DNA of 64,000 nt from Candidatus Rhodoferax mariagerensis. GTDB lineage: Bacteria; Pseudomonadota; Gammaproteobacteria; Burkholderiales; Burkholderiaceae_C. Below the pieces are notes generated by a model, which saw only the letters and a list, made by a program, of their open reading frames with translations, was not told where the DNA came from and did no database searches. Below are positions 53,297 through 63,428 of the stretch, piece by piece. A program made the position numbers and the translations under genes. The DNA lies in the NCBI GenBank assembly GCA_016719055.1, contig JADKAW010000018.1:2015-66014 (forward strand). The letters run 5' to 3'. How positions within the stretch are numbered: position 1 is the first letter of the stretch; each line of letters starts with the position of its first letter.

Positions 53297-54439
53297 TTAC
53301 AACGTATGGGTTTTATCGCCATGCGTAAACCCCAGCGCCTGCCAGGGCTCACCTTTGTAAAAACCGATCACCTTGAAAAATTCGCCCATTTCGTGCTCCA
53401 TGATCAGTTTTTGCGTGTTCACACGTACAGGCAGGTCAGCCACGGCCATTTGCTGGAGCAATCCACAGTTAATCAAAAAATGCGCCTGGTTGCAGTAGCC
53501 CAGCACGCCCAGATCAGCGTCGTTGCCAGCCACCGCCACACCGGTAAAGTTGACGTGGGCCGTGATGTCCTTTTGACCCACATCGGCCAGCGGGTTGTCG
53601 TCCACCTGGTGCGCCTTGTGGCACATCACGGTGCCCATGTGGCGCTGCGGGTGGTAGTACTCGGCCTGCGGAAAACCATAGTCGATCAAAAACGCTGCAC
53701 CTCGCTCAAGTTTGTCGCCCAGCGTGCGCACAAACGACTCGCCCTGGGGGTGAATCTCGGTCAGGTAATCGTGCTCCCCGGCCACCTCCATCGGCGGGCG
53801 CAAGTCGGTGATGCGGTCTTGCCAGACAAAACGCTGTGTCTGTGGATCAGCGTCAGTCGCCAGCGCCACGCCGCGCTCATGCCAGATGTTGTTGACCCGC
53901 GCCAGCAACTTGACCGGCATGGCATCGAGCACCTCATTGCCCAGAATAACGCCTTGTAGCGTTGCTGGCAATGCATCCACCCAGCGCACGCAGTCGGCAA
54001 ACGTGCCCAGCGTGGCGCGCTGGCGCTCGCGCAGACTGCCCGAAATGTCCACCAGGGTGTACCTGTCAAGCGGTGTGCCAAGCGCCTGCAAGGCCTGTAA
54101 CACCTGCAAGGCCAGCGCGCCCGAGCCGGCACCAAACTCCCAGACTTCGCGCGTGCCGGTCACCAGCAAGGCCTGCGCCACCTGTTTGGCCAGCGCCCAG
54201 CCAAACAGCGGGCTCAGTTCGGGCGCGGTGACAAAGTCACTGCCAGCGACACGGGCCCCGTTCTGCACGCTGTAGGGCAGCATGCCAAACTTGGCGCTGT
54301 CGTGGGCGTAGTAGCCCAGACCCGGCTGGTACAACGCCTGGCTCATGAAACGGTCAAAACCCATCCAGCCGCCCGTGTCCAAAATGGCCTGCGTAATCTG
54401 GTCGGCGAGGTCGCTCGTTAAACTCTGTGGTGTTGTCAT
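53297..54439 (-). CDS. Class I SAM-dependent methyltransferase (COG1565 / MidA-NDUFAF7-like)
   Basis: 380 aa, ...YYAHDSAKFG...DFVTAPELSPLFG...EFGAGSGALA. Confidence 0.8.
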   Translation of the reverse strand: MTTPQSLTSDLADQITQAILDTGGWMGFDRFMSQALYQPGLGYYAHDSAKFGMLPYSVQNGARVAGSDFVTAPELSPLFGWALAKQVAQALLVTGTREVWEFGAGSGALALQVLQALQALGTPLDRYTLVDISGSLRERQRATLGTFADCVRWVDALPATLQGVILGNEVLDAMPVKLLARVNNIWHERGVALATDADPQTQRFVWQDRITDLRPPMEVAGEHDYLTEIHPQGESFVRTLGDKLERGAAFLIDYGFPQAEYYHPQRHMGTVMCHKAHQVDDNPLADVGQKDITAHVNFTGVAVAGNDADLGVLGYCNQAHFLINCGLLQQMAVADLPVRVNTQKLIMEHEMGEFFKVIGFYKGEPWQALGFTHGDKTHTL

Positions 54440-54459
54440 AGCCTTTGGATTGTCCCCGA

Positions 54460-55242
54460 ATGTCTAACGAATCCCCCACCCCCGCGCCACAGCGCACCGT
54501 GCTGATCACTGGCGCTGCCAAGCGCTTGGGCCGCGAAATTGCCCTGAACCTTGCCAAAGACGGCTGGCGGGTCGCCGTGCATTTTCGGGACTCGGTTGAA
54601 GAAGCTTCAAAAACAGTAGCAGACTGCAAAAGACTGGCGGGGGTTAGCGCCTCTTTTCGTGCCAATCTGGCCAACGAAACCGCGGTCCGCAATCTGTTGC
54701 CCAATGTGGTGGCACAGTTTGGCCATGTCGATGCTGTGGTCAACAGCGCCTCGACCTTTGAGCACGACACCCCTGAAGATTTCAGCTTTGCCGCCATGGA
54801 AAAACACATGCGCAGCAACGCCGGTGCTGCCATTCTTTTGAGCCAGGCGCTGCTGGAACACCTCAAAGATCGGGCTGAAGCCACCGGCGTGGTGATCAAC
54901 CTGCTGGACCAGAAGCTGTGGAACCAGAACCCCGATTTTTTGAGCTACACCCTGTCCAAAGCCGCTCTGGAAGCCGCCAACACCATGCTGGCGATTGCGC
55001 TGGCACCACGCGTGCGGGTGGTGGGAGTCGCCCCAGGGCTGACGCTGACCAGCCACATCCTGCGTCCGGAAAAGTTCGAAATGCTGCACAAATTGTCGCC
55101 GCTTGGCCACTCTTCCACGGCGGCTGATGTAGCGGCCACGGTGGCGTTTGCCCTGAACAACAACTCCATCACCGGCACCACCCTGCTGGTCGATGGCGGG
55201 CAACACCTGATGAAGTTTGAACGTGATTTCTCGCTCATGTGA
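54460..55242 (+). CDS. SDR-family oxidoreductase (pteridine reductase/FolM-like by context)
   Basis: TVLITGAAKRLGREIA (TGxxxxxG). YTLSKAAL supplies the catalytic YxxxK motif. folB follows directly. Confidence 0.75.
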   Translation: MSNESPTPAPQRTVLITGAAKRLGREIALNLAKDGWRVAVHFRDSVEEASKTVADCKRLAGVSASFRANLANETAVRNLLPNVVAQFGHVDAVVNSASTFEHDTPEDFSFAAMEKHMRSNAGAAILLSQALLEHLKDRAEATGVVINLLDQKLWNQNPDFLSYTLSKAALEAANTMLAIALAPRVRVVGVAPGLTLTSHILRPEKFEMLHKLSPLGHSSTAADVAATVAFALNNNSITGTTLLVDGGQHLMKFERDFSLM

Positions 55243-55282
55243 GCTGTAGAAGCTCATCAATCACTATTGAATTGCATCATCC

Positions 55283-55669
55283 ATGTCATCCTCCAATGCC
55301 AGTTACACCCACGGTCAGCAAACGCTGGCCCTTACCGGCCTGCGTTTTGATGCCAGTCTGGGTATTCTGGCGACCGAAAAAGCAGCGCCACAGCCGATTC
55401 AGGTCGATGCCGAGCTCAGCTTGGGCGCACAACCCCTGTTGCCGCGCGACGACGACATCACCCACGTGCTGGACTATCGCAAGGTGCGCAAAATCATCAT
55501 TGACGAGTGCACTGCCGAACACGTCAACCTGCTCGAAACCCTGATCGGCAAGCTGGCCAACCGGTTGATGCAGTTGCCCAATGTCAAGGGCGTTCGCGTC
55601 AAGATCGCCAAGCTGGAGATTTTTGTCGACTGCGAAGTAGCGATTCGTATGGAAACCGGGCAGTGGTAA
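55283..55669 (+). CDS. folB: Dihydroneopterin aldolase family protein
   Basis: 128 aa, [29 protein letters not shown]...DYRKV, FolB-like. Confidence 0.75.
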   Translation: MSSSNASYTHGQQTLALTGLRFDASLGILATEKAAPQPIQVDAELSLGAQPLLPRDDDITHVLDYRKVRKIIIDECTAEHVNLLETLIGKLANRLMQLPNVKGVRVKIAKLEIFVDCEVAIRMETGQW

Positions 55670-55682
55670 CGCCGAAAGATCT

Positions 55683-56684
55683 ATGAATACACGCTGGACA
55701 GAATCCGCGCCCGACCTGGGTGCCTCCCACCCTAACCCGCCAAACCCCCAGGCTGGGATCGTGGCGGATACGGTGGCCAAAAAACTCGACATTGAGCGTG
55801 ACGCAGCGCTGCGTGCCAAGCGTGAAACCCACAAGCTCGAAAAACGCCTGTGCCGCCAGGTGGGTGCCGCCATCATCGACTTCAACATGATCGAGGAAGG
55901 CGACCGCGTGATGGTCTGCATCAGCGGTGGCAAGGACAGCTTTGGCATGCTTGACATTCTGCTCAAGCTACAAAAGCGCGCACCGGTTCATTTCGACCTT
56001 GTGGCCGTCAACCTCGACCAGAAGCAACCCGGTTTCCCGGCGCACATCTTGCCCGCCTACCTGGCCAAGCTCGGCATCGAGTTCCACATCGAAACCCAGG
56101 ACACCTACAGCATTGTCAAAAAAGTGGTGCCCGAGGGCAAAACCATGTGCAGCCTGTGCAGCCGCCTGCGCCGGGGCATTCTGTACCGGGTGGCCGACGA
56201 GCTGAAAATCACCAAGATCGCGCTGGGCCATCACCGCGACGACATGCTGCACACGTTCTTTTTGAACATGTTCTTCGCCGGCAAGCTCAAAGGCATGCCG
56301 CCCAAACTGGTCAGCGATGACGGTGGCCATATCGTGATCCGCCCGCTGGCCCATGTGGCCGAAAAAGACCTGATTGCCTGGGCCACGCACCGCCAGTTTC
56401 CGATCATCCCGTGCAGTTTGTGCGGCAGCCAGAAGAACCTGCAGCGCCAGGAGATCAAACGCATGATGCACCAGTGGGAGCGCCAGTACCCCGGGCGCAC
56501 CGAAACCATGTTTACCGCGCTGCAAAACCTGGTGCCCTCGCACCTGATGGACGCCCGCCAGCATGATTTCAAAAGCGTCCAGATCACTGGTTTGGCCGAC
56601 GAAAACGGTGACAAGGTATTTGACGAGGAAGAATTCCCGTTGCCAACGCTGCCCGGCATAGGCTTGGTTCAACGCGTGGATTGA
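55683..56684 (+). CDS. ttcA: tRNA 2-thiocytidine(32) synthetase
   Basis: PP-loop CISGGKDS, plus [10 protein letters not shown] and PCSLCGSQ cysteine motifs. Confidence 0.9.
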   Translation: MNTRWTESAPDLGASHPNPPNPQAGIVADTVAKKLDIERDAALRAKRETHKLEKRLCRQVGAAIIDFNMIEEGDRVMVCISGGKDSFGMLDILLKLQKRAPVHFDLVAVNLDQKQPGFPAHILPAYLAKLGIEFHIETQDTYSIVKKVVPEGKTMCSLCSRLRRGILYRVADELKITKIALGHHRDDMLHTFFLNMFFAGKLKGMPPKLVSDDGGHIVIRPLAHVAEKDLIAWATHRQFPIIPCSLCGSQKNLQRQEIKRMMHQWERQYPGRTETMFTALQNLVPSHLMDARQHDFKSVQITGLADENGDKVFDEEEFPLPTLPGIGLVQRVD

Positions 56685-56693
56685 GCAATAATT

Positions 56694-56740
56694 GTTCCCT
56701 AGCCTTTATGAATAAAGCGCTGTATGCTACTATATTGATA
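56694..56740 (-). repeat. Short interspersed repeat, copy R7 (reverse), overlapping the start of the DUF4136 lipoprotein gene
   Basis: GTTCCCTAGCCTTTATGAATAAAGCGCTGTATGCTACTATATTGATA. The ATG at 56708 lies inside it. Confidence 0.55.
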
Positions 56741-57292
56741 GTAAGTTTGCTGTCGGGCTGTGTCAGCGTGCGGCTGATCGACAACCAGGTCAGCAGCTTT
56801 GTGCCCAAGCCTGTGCACCCAGGCGCCACCTATCGTTTTGAGCGCCTGCCTTCGCAGCAGGCCGATGCCACAGCCTATGACCCGCTTGAAGCCATGACGG
56901 CCCAAGCCCTGGCCAGGCGGGGTTTGCGGCAGGTCGACCAATCTGCCGAACTCGTCGCCCTGGTGCAACTGATCGAGCGGGTTGAGCGCCCTGTGGTTGC
57001 CCCAGTGGCCTTTGGCTGGCGGCGCGGCTGGTTGGGTCACCATGGTGGTGCCGGCCTGGGCAATGTGCCGCTGTTTCCCGGCCTGGGTGAGCGGCCCAAC
57101 TACTGGCGCGAAGTCCGGTTGACGCTGCGCGAACCAGCTACCCAGGCCGTGGTGTTTGAGTCAAGCGCCAGCCATGACGGCCCCTGGCGTGACAGCGCTG
57201 TGGTTGTACCGGCCATGCTCGATGCCGCGCTGCAGGGCTTTCCGAATCCACCCCCGGGTTTACGCCGCGTTGGTATCGAGATCCCGCGTTAG
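56708..57292 (+). CDS. DUF4136-like lipoprotein
   Basis: MNKALYATILIVSLLSGC (lipobox), then a DUF4136-like body (YRFERLPSQQ...YWREVRLTLRE). Confidence 0.65.
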   Translation: MNKALYATILIVSLLSGCVSVRLIDNQVSSFVPKPVHPGATYRFERLPSQQADATAYDPLEAMTAQALARRGLRQVDQSAELVALVQLIERVERPVVAPVAFGWRRGWLGHHGGAGLGNVPLFPGLGERPNYWREVRLTLREPATQAVVFESSASHDGPWRDSAVVVPAMLDAALQGFPNPPPGLRRVGIEIPR

Positions 57293-57445
57293 CACATTTG
57301 GCGGTTGCCCCACACCACTTTGCCTCACTCCCTCGTGGTCTTCCATAGGTCAAGGGGCAGCACGCCCTGGGTATGATAGGCTGCTGTCTTAGCAGTCGCC
57401 ATGGACGACAATTTCCGTGGTCGTTGCTGCTCAATAGAATTTCAC

Positions 57446-58741
57446 ATGAACCAAGCCCAGTCCGAATTGATTGATGTCTCGCAGTTGAAAGTCGGCATGT
57501 ACGTCGAACTTGAGCTGGGCTGGATGGCACACCCCTTTCCCACCAGCAGCTTCAAAATCTCGTCGGACAAACAGATCAACATCATTCGATCACTTGGACG
57601 TCAGCAGATCCGCTACGTTCCGGGCAAAAGCGATTTGCACGCCCCAGCCACTGGACTGGCGGCGCGGACCAACAACACGGCACCAGTCACAACCGAGGCG
57701 CTGCTGACCAGCCCCAATCCAGAGCAACTTGCACGCAAACAGAGAAGCGAACTGCTGAGCGCCCAGCAGCGGGACCTGATGGCCTGCGAGCGGCGATTTG
57801 GACAGACCGTTCGGCAGTACAAGCAGGCCATTGAGCTGATGCACAACCAGCCTCGCGTCGCGATGGAGCAATGCCGTGAACTGGTCAACGGTTTTGTCGG
57901 TGAGATGCTGGCCTCGGGTGAGTCGGCCATTCGGCTGCTGTCCGACGGCATGGGTGACAAACTGGCCATGCACCCGATCAATATCACGGTCATAGCGTTG
58001 CTGCTGGGCAAGTACATGAAGCTGCCCGCCAGCGAGATGGCCGACCTTGGCATGTCGGCGTTTTTGCACGACATCGGCAAATCCAAAGTGCCTGACCGGG
58101 TGCGCTGGCTTGAGGACAGCTTTTCGATCGCCGAGCAAAAGGCCTACCAGGAGCATGTCGCCCAGGGCGTGTCGCTGGGCCAGCGCATGGAGCTCACGCC
58201 CGGGGCATTGCAGGCGATCGCGCAGCACCACGAAATGGTCGACGGCAGCGGTTTTCCAGCGCGTATCAAGGGCGATGCCATGTCGCAGCCCGCCAAGATC
58301 CTGGCGCTGGTGAACCGCTATGAAGACCTTTGCAATCCCAGTCGCCCGGCAGCGGCAATTACCCCTCACGAGGCTCTGGCGCTCATTTTTGCGCAGCTCA
58401 AGGCCCGCTTTGATCCGCTGGTGCTGGGTGCCTTCATCCGCATGATGGGGGTGTATCCGCCGGGCTCGGTGGTGCAGCTCGGTGACGAGCGCTACGCCAT
58501 GGTGGTATCAGTCAACTCCTCGCGACCGCTCAAACCGCGGGTGATCGTGTTTGACGCCAAGGTTTCCAAACACGAAGCGCTGATCCTGGATCTGGAGGCC
58601 TGCCCCGAACTCGGCATCCGACGCAGCCTCAAGCCGGCCAGCCTGCCGCGGGCCGCGATGGACTATTTGTCACCGCGCCAGCGCATCTGTTATTTCTTTG
58701 AACGTGCGGTGAACACACCTCAAAAAGAGGATGCGCCATGA
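57446..58741 (+). CDS. HD-GYP domain c-di-GMP phosphodiesterase with DUF3391-like N-terminus
   Basis: LIDVSQLKVGMYVELELGWMAHPF (DUF3391-like), FLHDIGK, and HHEMVDGSGFP (GFP in place of GYP). Confidence 0.85.
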   Translation: MNQAQSELIDVSQLKVGMYVELELGWMAHPFPTSSFKISSDKQINIIRSLGRQQIRYVPGKSDLHAPATGLAARTNNTAPVTTEALLTSPNPEQLARKQRSELLSAQQRDLMACERRFGQTVRQYKQAIELMHNQPRVAMEQCRELVNGFVGEMLASGESAIRLLSDGMGDKLAMHPINITVIALLLGKYMKLPASEMADLGMSAFLHDIGKSKVPDRVRWLEDSFSIAEQKAYQEHVAQGVSLGQRMELTPGALQAIAQHHEMVDGSGFPARIKGDAMSQPAKILALVNRYEDLCNPSRPAAAITPHEALALIFAQLKARFDPLVLGAFIRMMGVYPPGSVVQLGDERYAMVVSVNSSRPLKPRVIVFDAKVSKHEALILDLEACPELGIRRSLKPASLPRAAMDYLSPRQRICYFFERAVNTPQKEDAP

Positions 58742-61152
58742 AGCGCATTGCCTGGGGCCCTCTGATCGAAGGCCTGCTGGAGTCGGTCTGGCTGGTGGAC
58801 CCAGTTGACTTGCGCATCCTGGCGGTGAACCAGGCCGCCTGCCAACTGCTCGGAATGAGTAAAGAGGCCATGCTAGGCAAGCCGGTGATTGAGCTCACCG
58901 CGACCCCGGAAGACCAATTTTTCTGGGAGGATGTGGCCGCTGGTCTGGTTGACAGCATCCGCTCGGAAACTTTGCTGCGCGGGGCCGACGGCGTGGCGGT
59001 AGCGGTTGATCGTCGTGTCAGCCGTGTATGGCCGGAGGTTGACCGTGCGGTTTATCTGGTTGGCATTCACGATTTGCGCCAGCAGCGCCAGGTTGAAAAC
59101 GAACTGGAAAAACTCGTGGCCGAATTGCGGGCCACGCTGGAATCAACAGCAGACGGCATTCTGGTCAGCGACCTCAATGGCGACATCCGCAATTACAACC
59201 GCCAGTTTGCCAAGCTGTGGAATGTGCCCGAGCACCTGTTGCTGCACCGCAACGACCACGCGTTGTATGCGCATCTTGCGGAACAGATCAAGGACGTGGC
59301 GCATTACCAGCAGCGACTGCACGATTTCGACAACAATCCGCTGCTCGAAGCCACCGATCTGCTGGTGCTGGCCAATAGCCGTGTGCTGGAGCGGACCACC
59401 CGACCGCAGTACAGCCGCGGGCAGCCCACCGGGCGGGTTTACTCATTTCGCGACATCACGCAGGAACTGCAGAATGAGTCCCAGCTCAAGCTGGCGGCCA
59501 AGGTGTTTGAGTCGAGCCTGGAGGCCATCTTTATCACCACGGCTGACTTCCTGATACTGGCGGTCAATCCGGCCTGCGAGAACCTGACCGAGCGGTCTCA
59601 GGCCAAATTGATGGGTGCTTCACCCTCCGACATTTTTTTTCACCCCAGTAACCCCGGGTTCTTGGCCAACGTTCAAGCCACCCTGCAAGCCCAAGGTCTT
59701 TGGCGTGGTCAGCTCTGGATTCAGAAAAAAGATATCTTCGCCTGTGCTGTGCAGGCCTCGTGGGTGCTGTTGCGCAACGATTTGGGTGAGGTGTCACACA
59801 CCATTGGCTTCTTTCGTGACCTGACCGAAGAGCTGGCCGCCCAACAACGTATCGAACAACTGGCCTACAGCGATGCCCTGACTGGCCTGCCCAACCGCTT
59901 GCTGCTGACGCAGCGGGTGGAGTTCGCGCTGCGCCTGGCAGAACGTAACGCCGGTGAGTGTGGCGTTTTTTTCATTGATCTGGACCGCTTCAAGAACCTC
60001 AACGATTCCATGGGCCACAGCTTTGGTGACCGGGTTCTGATCGATGTGGCTGAACGCCTCAAAGATTGCCTGCGCGAGGTCGACACCCTGTGCCGGCTGG
60101 GTGGGGACGAGTTCGTGATTTTTGTGCAGGACATTGACGCCCATGGCGCAGAAGTGCTGGCGCGGCGCATTCAGGACAGCATGACGCAGGCCTTCCAGAT
60201 TGATGACATGACCTTTTCGGTCGGCTGCAGCATGGGCATTGCCTTGTATCCCGAAGATGGCAAGTCGCTCGACGCCCTGATCAAGTGCGCAGATACCGCA
60301 ATGTACCTGGTCAAGGCGCGTGGGCGCGGCAGCTTCCGGTTTTACCAGCCGCAAATGAATGTCAATCTGCTCTCGCACATCAAGATCGACCACGCGATGC
60401 GTGGGGCCATGGAACAGAATTTGTTCCAGTTGCATTACCAGCCCCAGACTTCGCTGGCCAATGGCAGCTTGCTCGGCGCCGAGGCGCTGATTCGCTGGAC
60501 CGACGCCGAACTTGGCCAGATGTCGCCCGCGCTGTTCATTCCATTGGCCGAAGAGTCGGGTTTTATCACGGTGATTGGCACCTGGGTGCTGGAGCAGGCA
60601 GTGAAGCAGGCGCGGGTCTGGCAGTCCCGTGGCACGCCGGTCAGCGTGTCGATCAACGTGTCGGCATTGCAGTTTCAGCAGCCGGATTTTGTCGAGACCG
60701 TGTCTGGCGTCATCAAGGCAGCGGGGCTTGCCCCACAGTTGCTGGAGCTTGAACTGACCGAGTCGATCCTGATTCAGGACGCCAACGAAACACTGACCCG
60801 CCTGCACGCGCTGGCCGCACTGGGGGTGGCGTTGTCAATTGATGACTTTGGCACCGGCTATTCGAGCCTGGCTTACCTGAAGAAATTCCCGATTTCAAAA
60901 CTCAAGATTGATCGCTCGTTTGTCACGGGCCTGCCTGATGACGAGGGCGACCGAGCCATCGTCAGCGCCACCATCGGCATGGCACGCGGGCTCAAGCTCA
61001 AGGTGGTGGCCGAAGGGGTGGAAACCCAGGCCCAGCACGACTACCTGGCCAATCTGGGATGCGAGTCGTACCAGGGTTTCTTGTGCTCGCCGGGTCTGCC
61101 CGCTGCAGAGTTTGAGAAGTTGATGACCAAGCTGCCGCACCCCCCCGACTGA
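58738..61152 (+). CDS. PAS-PAS-PAS GGDEF-EAL protein
   Basis: 804 aa with REVDTLCRLGGDEF and EALIRW. Its ATG overlaps the HD-GYP gene stop (ATGA). Confidence 0.9.
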   Translation: MKRIAWGPLIEGLLESVWLVDPVDLRILAVNQAACQLLGMSKEAMLGKPVIELTATPEDQFFWEDVAAGLVDSIRSETLLRGADGVAVAVDRRVSRVWPEVDRAVYLVGIHDLRQQRQVENELEKLVAELRATLESTADGILVSDLNGDIRNYNRQFAKLWNVPEHLLLHRNDHALYAHLAEQIKDVAHYQQRLHDFDNNPLLEATDLLVLANSRVLERTTRPQYSRGQPTGRVYSFRDITQELQNESQLKLAAKVFESSLEAIFITTADFLILAVNPACENLTERSQAKLMGASPSDIFFHPSNPGFLANVQATLQAQGLWRGQLWIQKKDIFACAVQASWVLLRNDLGEVSHTIGFFRDLTEELAAQQRIEQLAYSDALTGLPNRLLLTQRVEFALRLAERNAGECGVFFIDLDRFKNLNDSMGHSFGDRVLIDVAERLKDCLREVDTLCRLGGDEFVIFVQDIDAHGAEVLARRIQDSMTQAFQIDDMTFSVGCSMGIALYPEDGKSLDALIKCADTAMYLVKARGRGSFRFYQPQMNVNLLSHIKIDHAMRGAMEQNLFQLHYQPQTSLANGSLLGAEALIRWTDAELGQMSPALFIPLAEESGFITVIGTWVLEQAVKQARVWQSRGTPVSVSINVSALQFQQPDFVETVSGVIKAAGLAPQLLELELTESILIQDANETLTRLHALAALGVALSIDDFGTGYSSLAYLKKFPISKLKIDRSFVTGLPDDEGDRAIVSATIGMARGLKLKVVAEGVETQAQHDYLANLGCESYQGFLCSPGLPAAEFEKLMTKLPHPPD

Positions 61153-61168
61153 AACCCTTTGTAAAACC

Positions 61169-61807
61169 ATGCAAGCTACCCGAATCATTGCCATCCGCCA
61201 TGGCGAAACCACCTGGAATGTGGATGCCCGCATTCAGGGCCATCTTGACATTGCGCTGAACGCCACCGGCAGGCTACAGGCACAACGCGTTGCCCAGGCA
61301 CTGGCTGATGAGATGGTGGACGCCGTGTATGCCAGCGATTTACAGCGCGCCTGGCAAACCGCAGACGCAATTGCCAGCGCAACGCAAAGCCCGTTGACGG
61401 CAGATAAGGGCTTGCGAGAGCGCGGTTTTGGCGAGTTTGAGGGCAAATCCTACGCAGAAGTCGAAACCCTTTGGCCACAACATGCGCTGCAGTGGCGTAC
61501 GCGTGACCCGCTTTGGGCACCGCCCGCAGGGGAGTCCTTGCTGGCCATGCGTGACCGCGTGTTGACCACCGCCACCCGGTTGGCCGGCCAGCACCAAGGC
61601 GGACAGATTGTTCTGGTGGCTCATGGCGGTGTCATGGACCTGCTCTACCGGCTGGCTACCAGCCAGGACTTGCAGGCACCACGCACCTGGCAGCTTGGCA
61701 ACGCTGCCATCAACCGCCTGCTGTGGACGCCAGACGGCTTCACGCTGGTCGGGTGGGCCGACAGCGGCCACCTGGACAACCTGGGTCAAGACGAGTCGTT
61801 TAGCTAA
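61169..61807 (+). CDS. Histidine phosphatase family protein (GpmB-like)
   Basis: IIAIRHGETTWN (the RHG motif) and ...LVAHGGV. Confidence 0.85.
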   Translation: MQATRIIAIRHGETTWNVDARIQGHLDIALNATGRLQAQRVAQALADEMVDAVYASDLQRAWQTADAIASATQSPLTADKGLRERGFGEFEGKSYAEVETLWPQHALQWRTRDPLWAPPAGESLLAMRDRVLTTATRLAGQHQGGQIVLVAHGGVMDLLYRLATSQDLQAPRTWQLGNAAINRLLWTPDGFTLVGWADSGHLDNLGQDESFS

Positions 61808-61820
61808 ATTGGGTGCGTGA

Positions 61821-62381
61821 TCAACGGCTGCGCCCGGCCTTGTAAGCCGCCTTTTGCGTTTGCTGTTGCAACCCGCCCAGGCCTTTGGCCTGCGCCAACC
61901 TGGACATGCCCTTGGCGGCATGGGCGTGGGTGATGGCCAGGCCCAGGGCGTCGGCGGCGTCCGTGCCCGGCAGACCAGGAAGGCTCAACAGGCGGCGCAC
62001 CATTTCCTGTACCTGGGTTTTATCGGCTCGGCCATAACCCACCACAGCCTGTTTCATTTGCAAGGCAGTGTATTCAGCCACCGGCAAATCGCTTGACACC
62101 AGGGCAGTGACCGCTGCACCGCGGGCCTGACCCAACAGCAAAGTCGATTGGGGGTTGACGTTGACAAAAACGATTTCTACCGACGCCGCATCGGGCTCAT
62201 AACGGGCCACCACCTCGCGAATGCCGTCAAACAGCACCTTGAGCCGAGCCGGCAACTGGTCTTTTTCGATGTGCATGGTGCTGATGGTGCCGCTGGCCAC
62301 ATAACTTAGCGCTGCACCGATTGCATCGACCACGCCAAAGCCCGTGGTGCGCAAGCCGGGGTCAATGCCAAGAATTCGCAT
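61821..62381 (-). CDS. ruvC: Crossover junction endodeoxyribonuclease RuvC
   Basis: [18 protein letters not shown]...[11 protein letters not shown]...[11 protein letters not shown]. Confidence 0.9.
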   Translation of the reverse strand: MRILGIDPGLRTTGFGVVDAIGAALSYVASGTISTMHIEKDQLPARLKVLFDGIREVVARYEPDAASVEIVFVNVNPQSTLLLGQARGAAVTALVSSDLPVAEYTALQMKQAVVGYGRADKTQVQEMVRRLLSLPGLPGTDAADALGLAITHAHAAKGMSRLAQAKGLGGLQQQTQKAAYKAGRSR

Positions 62382-62388
62382 CAGATAT

Positions 62389-62437
62389 AAAAACAATAGC
62401 GAACAACGCTTATATTGAAAGGGCTAGAGGTCAAAAT
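62389..62437 (+). repeat. Short interspersed repeat, copy R8 (forward), between ruvC start and the upstream gene end
   Basis: AAAACAATAGCGAACAACGCTTATATTGAAAGGGCTAGAGGTCAAAATA. Confidence 0.6.
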
Positions 62438-63413
62438 ACCATCGAACCGAATGGAAAAACACGGGTGCGGCAAAACACAGCGAGTCGATCCGGTCCAGCA
62501 TGCCGCCCGCGCCGGTCACGCCTTTGCCCTCGCCGCGCCAGATCGGAATACCTCGGTCGCGCTTGAGGGCTTTCATGACCAGATGGCCCAGCGAGCCAGC
62601 CGCGCAGGCAATGAACGCCATGGCAAAGGCCTGCCCCGGAACAAACGGCGTGATGCCTGCCAGCAAGGCCCCCAGCAGGCTGCCGGCGGCCATGCCCACC
62701 CACCAACTGCGCCAGTTAAAACTGTGGCTGACCAGCGGTGCCGAGGCAGGCCGGTAAAACCGGCGGTTCAACAGGTGCTGGGTGACCATGCAGGTTTGCA
62801 CCACCAGCACCAGAAACAGCATCAAAAAGGCACTTTTCTTGTCGTAACGCGGAAAGTCCAGCAACATCAGGGCCGGCACATGGCTCATGCCGTAGATGCA
62901 GACCATGATGCCCCATTGCAGTTTGGCGTTGCGTTCCAGAAAGCGTTGCGGGTCATTGGCCAGGGCGCTGGCCACTGGCAAAGCCAGAAACACATAAACC
63001 GGAATAAACACCGTGAACAGGTCAAAGTGCTCAGACCAAACCAGCCAGTACTGAAACGGCAGCACACCAAAAAATGCCAGCACCAGGCTACGGTGGTCGC
63101 CCCGGCGAGTGGGTGAGAGCGTCAAAAACTCGCGCAGAGCAAAAAACGAGCCCAGGCCAAACAGCACCAGCCGCGCCACATCGCCCGACAGCCAGGCCAC
63201 CCAGAAGACAAAAATCATCATCCAGCTGATGCGCAGCAGTTTGCTCAGGTTGCGGATGTCACTGCGGCGCCGATGCTCCAACGTCACATCTTCAGACTCG
63301 CGCATGGACAGCAAAAAAACCACCACGCCGGCAATCATCAGCAGCCCAAAAACAATGATGAACAAGGCCCCCACTTGCTGGGTAGCGCTGAGGTTTTTCA
63401 GGGCCTGGTACAC
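62424..63413 (-). CDS. Phosphatidate cytidylyltransferase-family (CTP_transf_1) membrane protein
   Basis: 329 aa and polytopic, with a C-terminal KRDRGIPIWRGEGKGVTGAGGMLDRIDS motif. Confidence 0.75.
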   Translation of the reverse strand: MYQALKNLSATQQVGALFIIVFGLLMIAGVVVFLLSMRESEDVTLEHRRRSDIRNLSKLLRISWMMIFVFWVAWLSGDVARLVLFGLGSFFALREFLTLSPTRRGDHRSLVLAFFGVLPFQYWLVWSEHFDLFTVFIPVYVFLALPVASALANDPQRFLERNAKLQWGIMVCIYGMSHVPALMLLDFPRYDKKSAFLMLFLVLVVQTCMVTQHLLNRRFYRPASAPLVSHSFNWRSWWVGMAAGSLLGALLAGITPFVPGQAFAMAFIACAAGSLGHLVMKALKRDRGIPIWRGEGKGVTGAGGMLDRIDSLCFAAPVFFHSVRWYFDL

Positions 63414-63428
63414 AACAACGCCTTTCGT

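Noticed and set aside
53131-53328. 65-aa plus-strand ORF
   Set aside because: It is antisense to the DUF2905 gene, whose family-typical sequence is on the minus strand.
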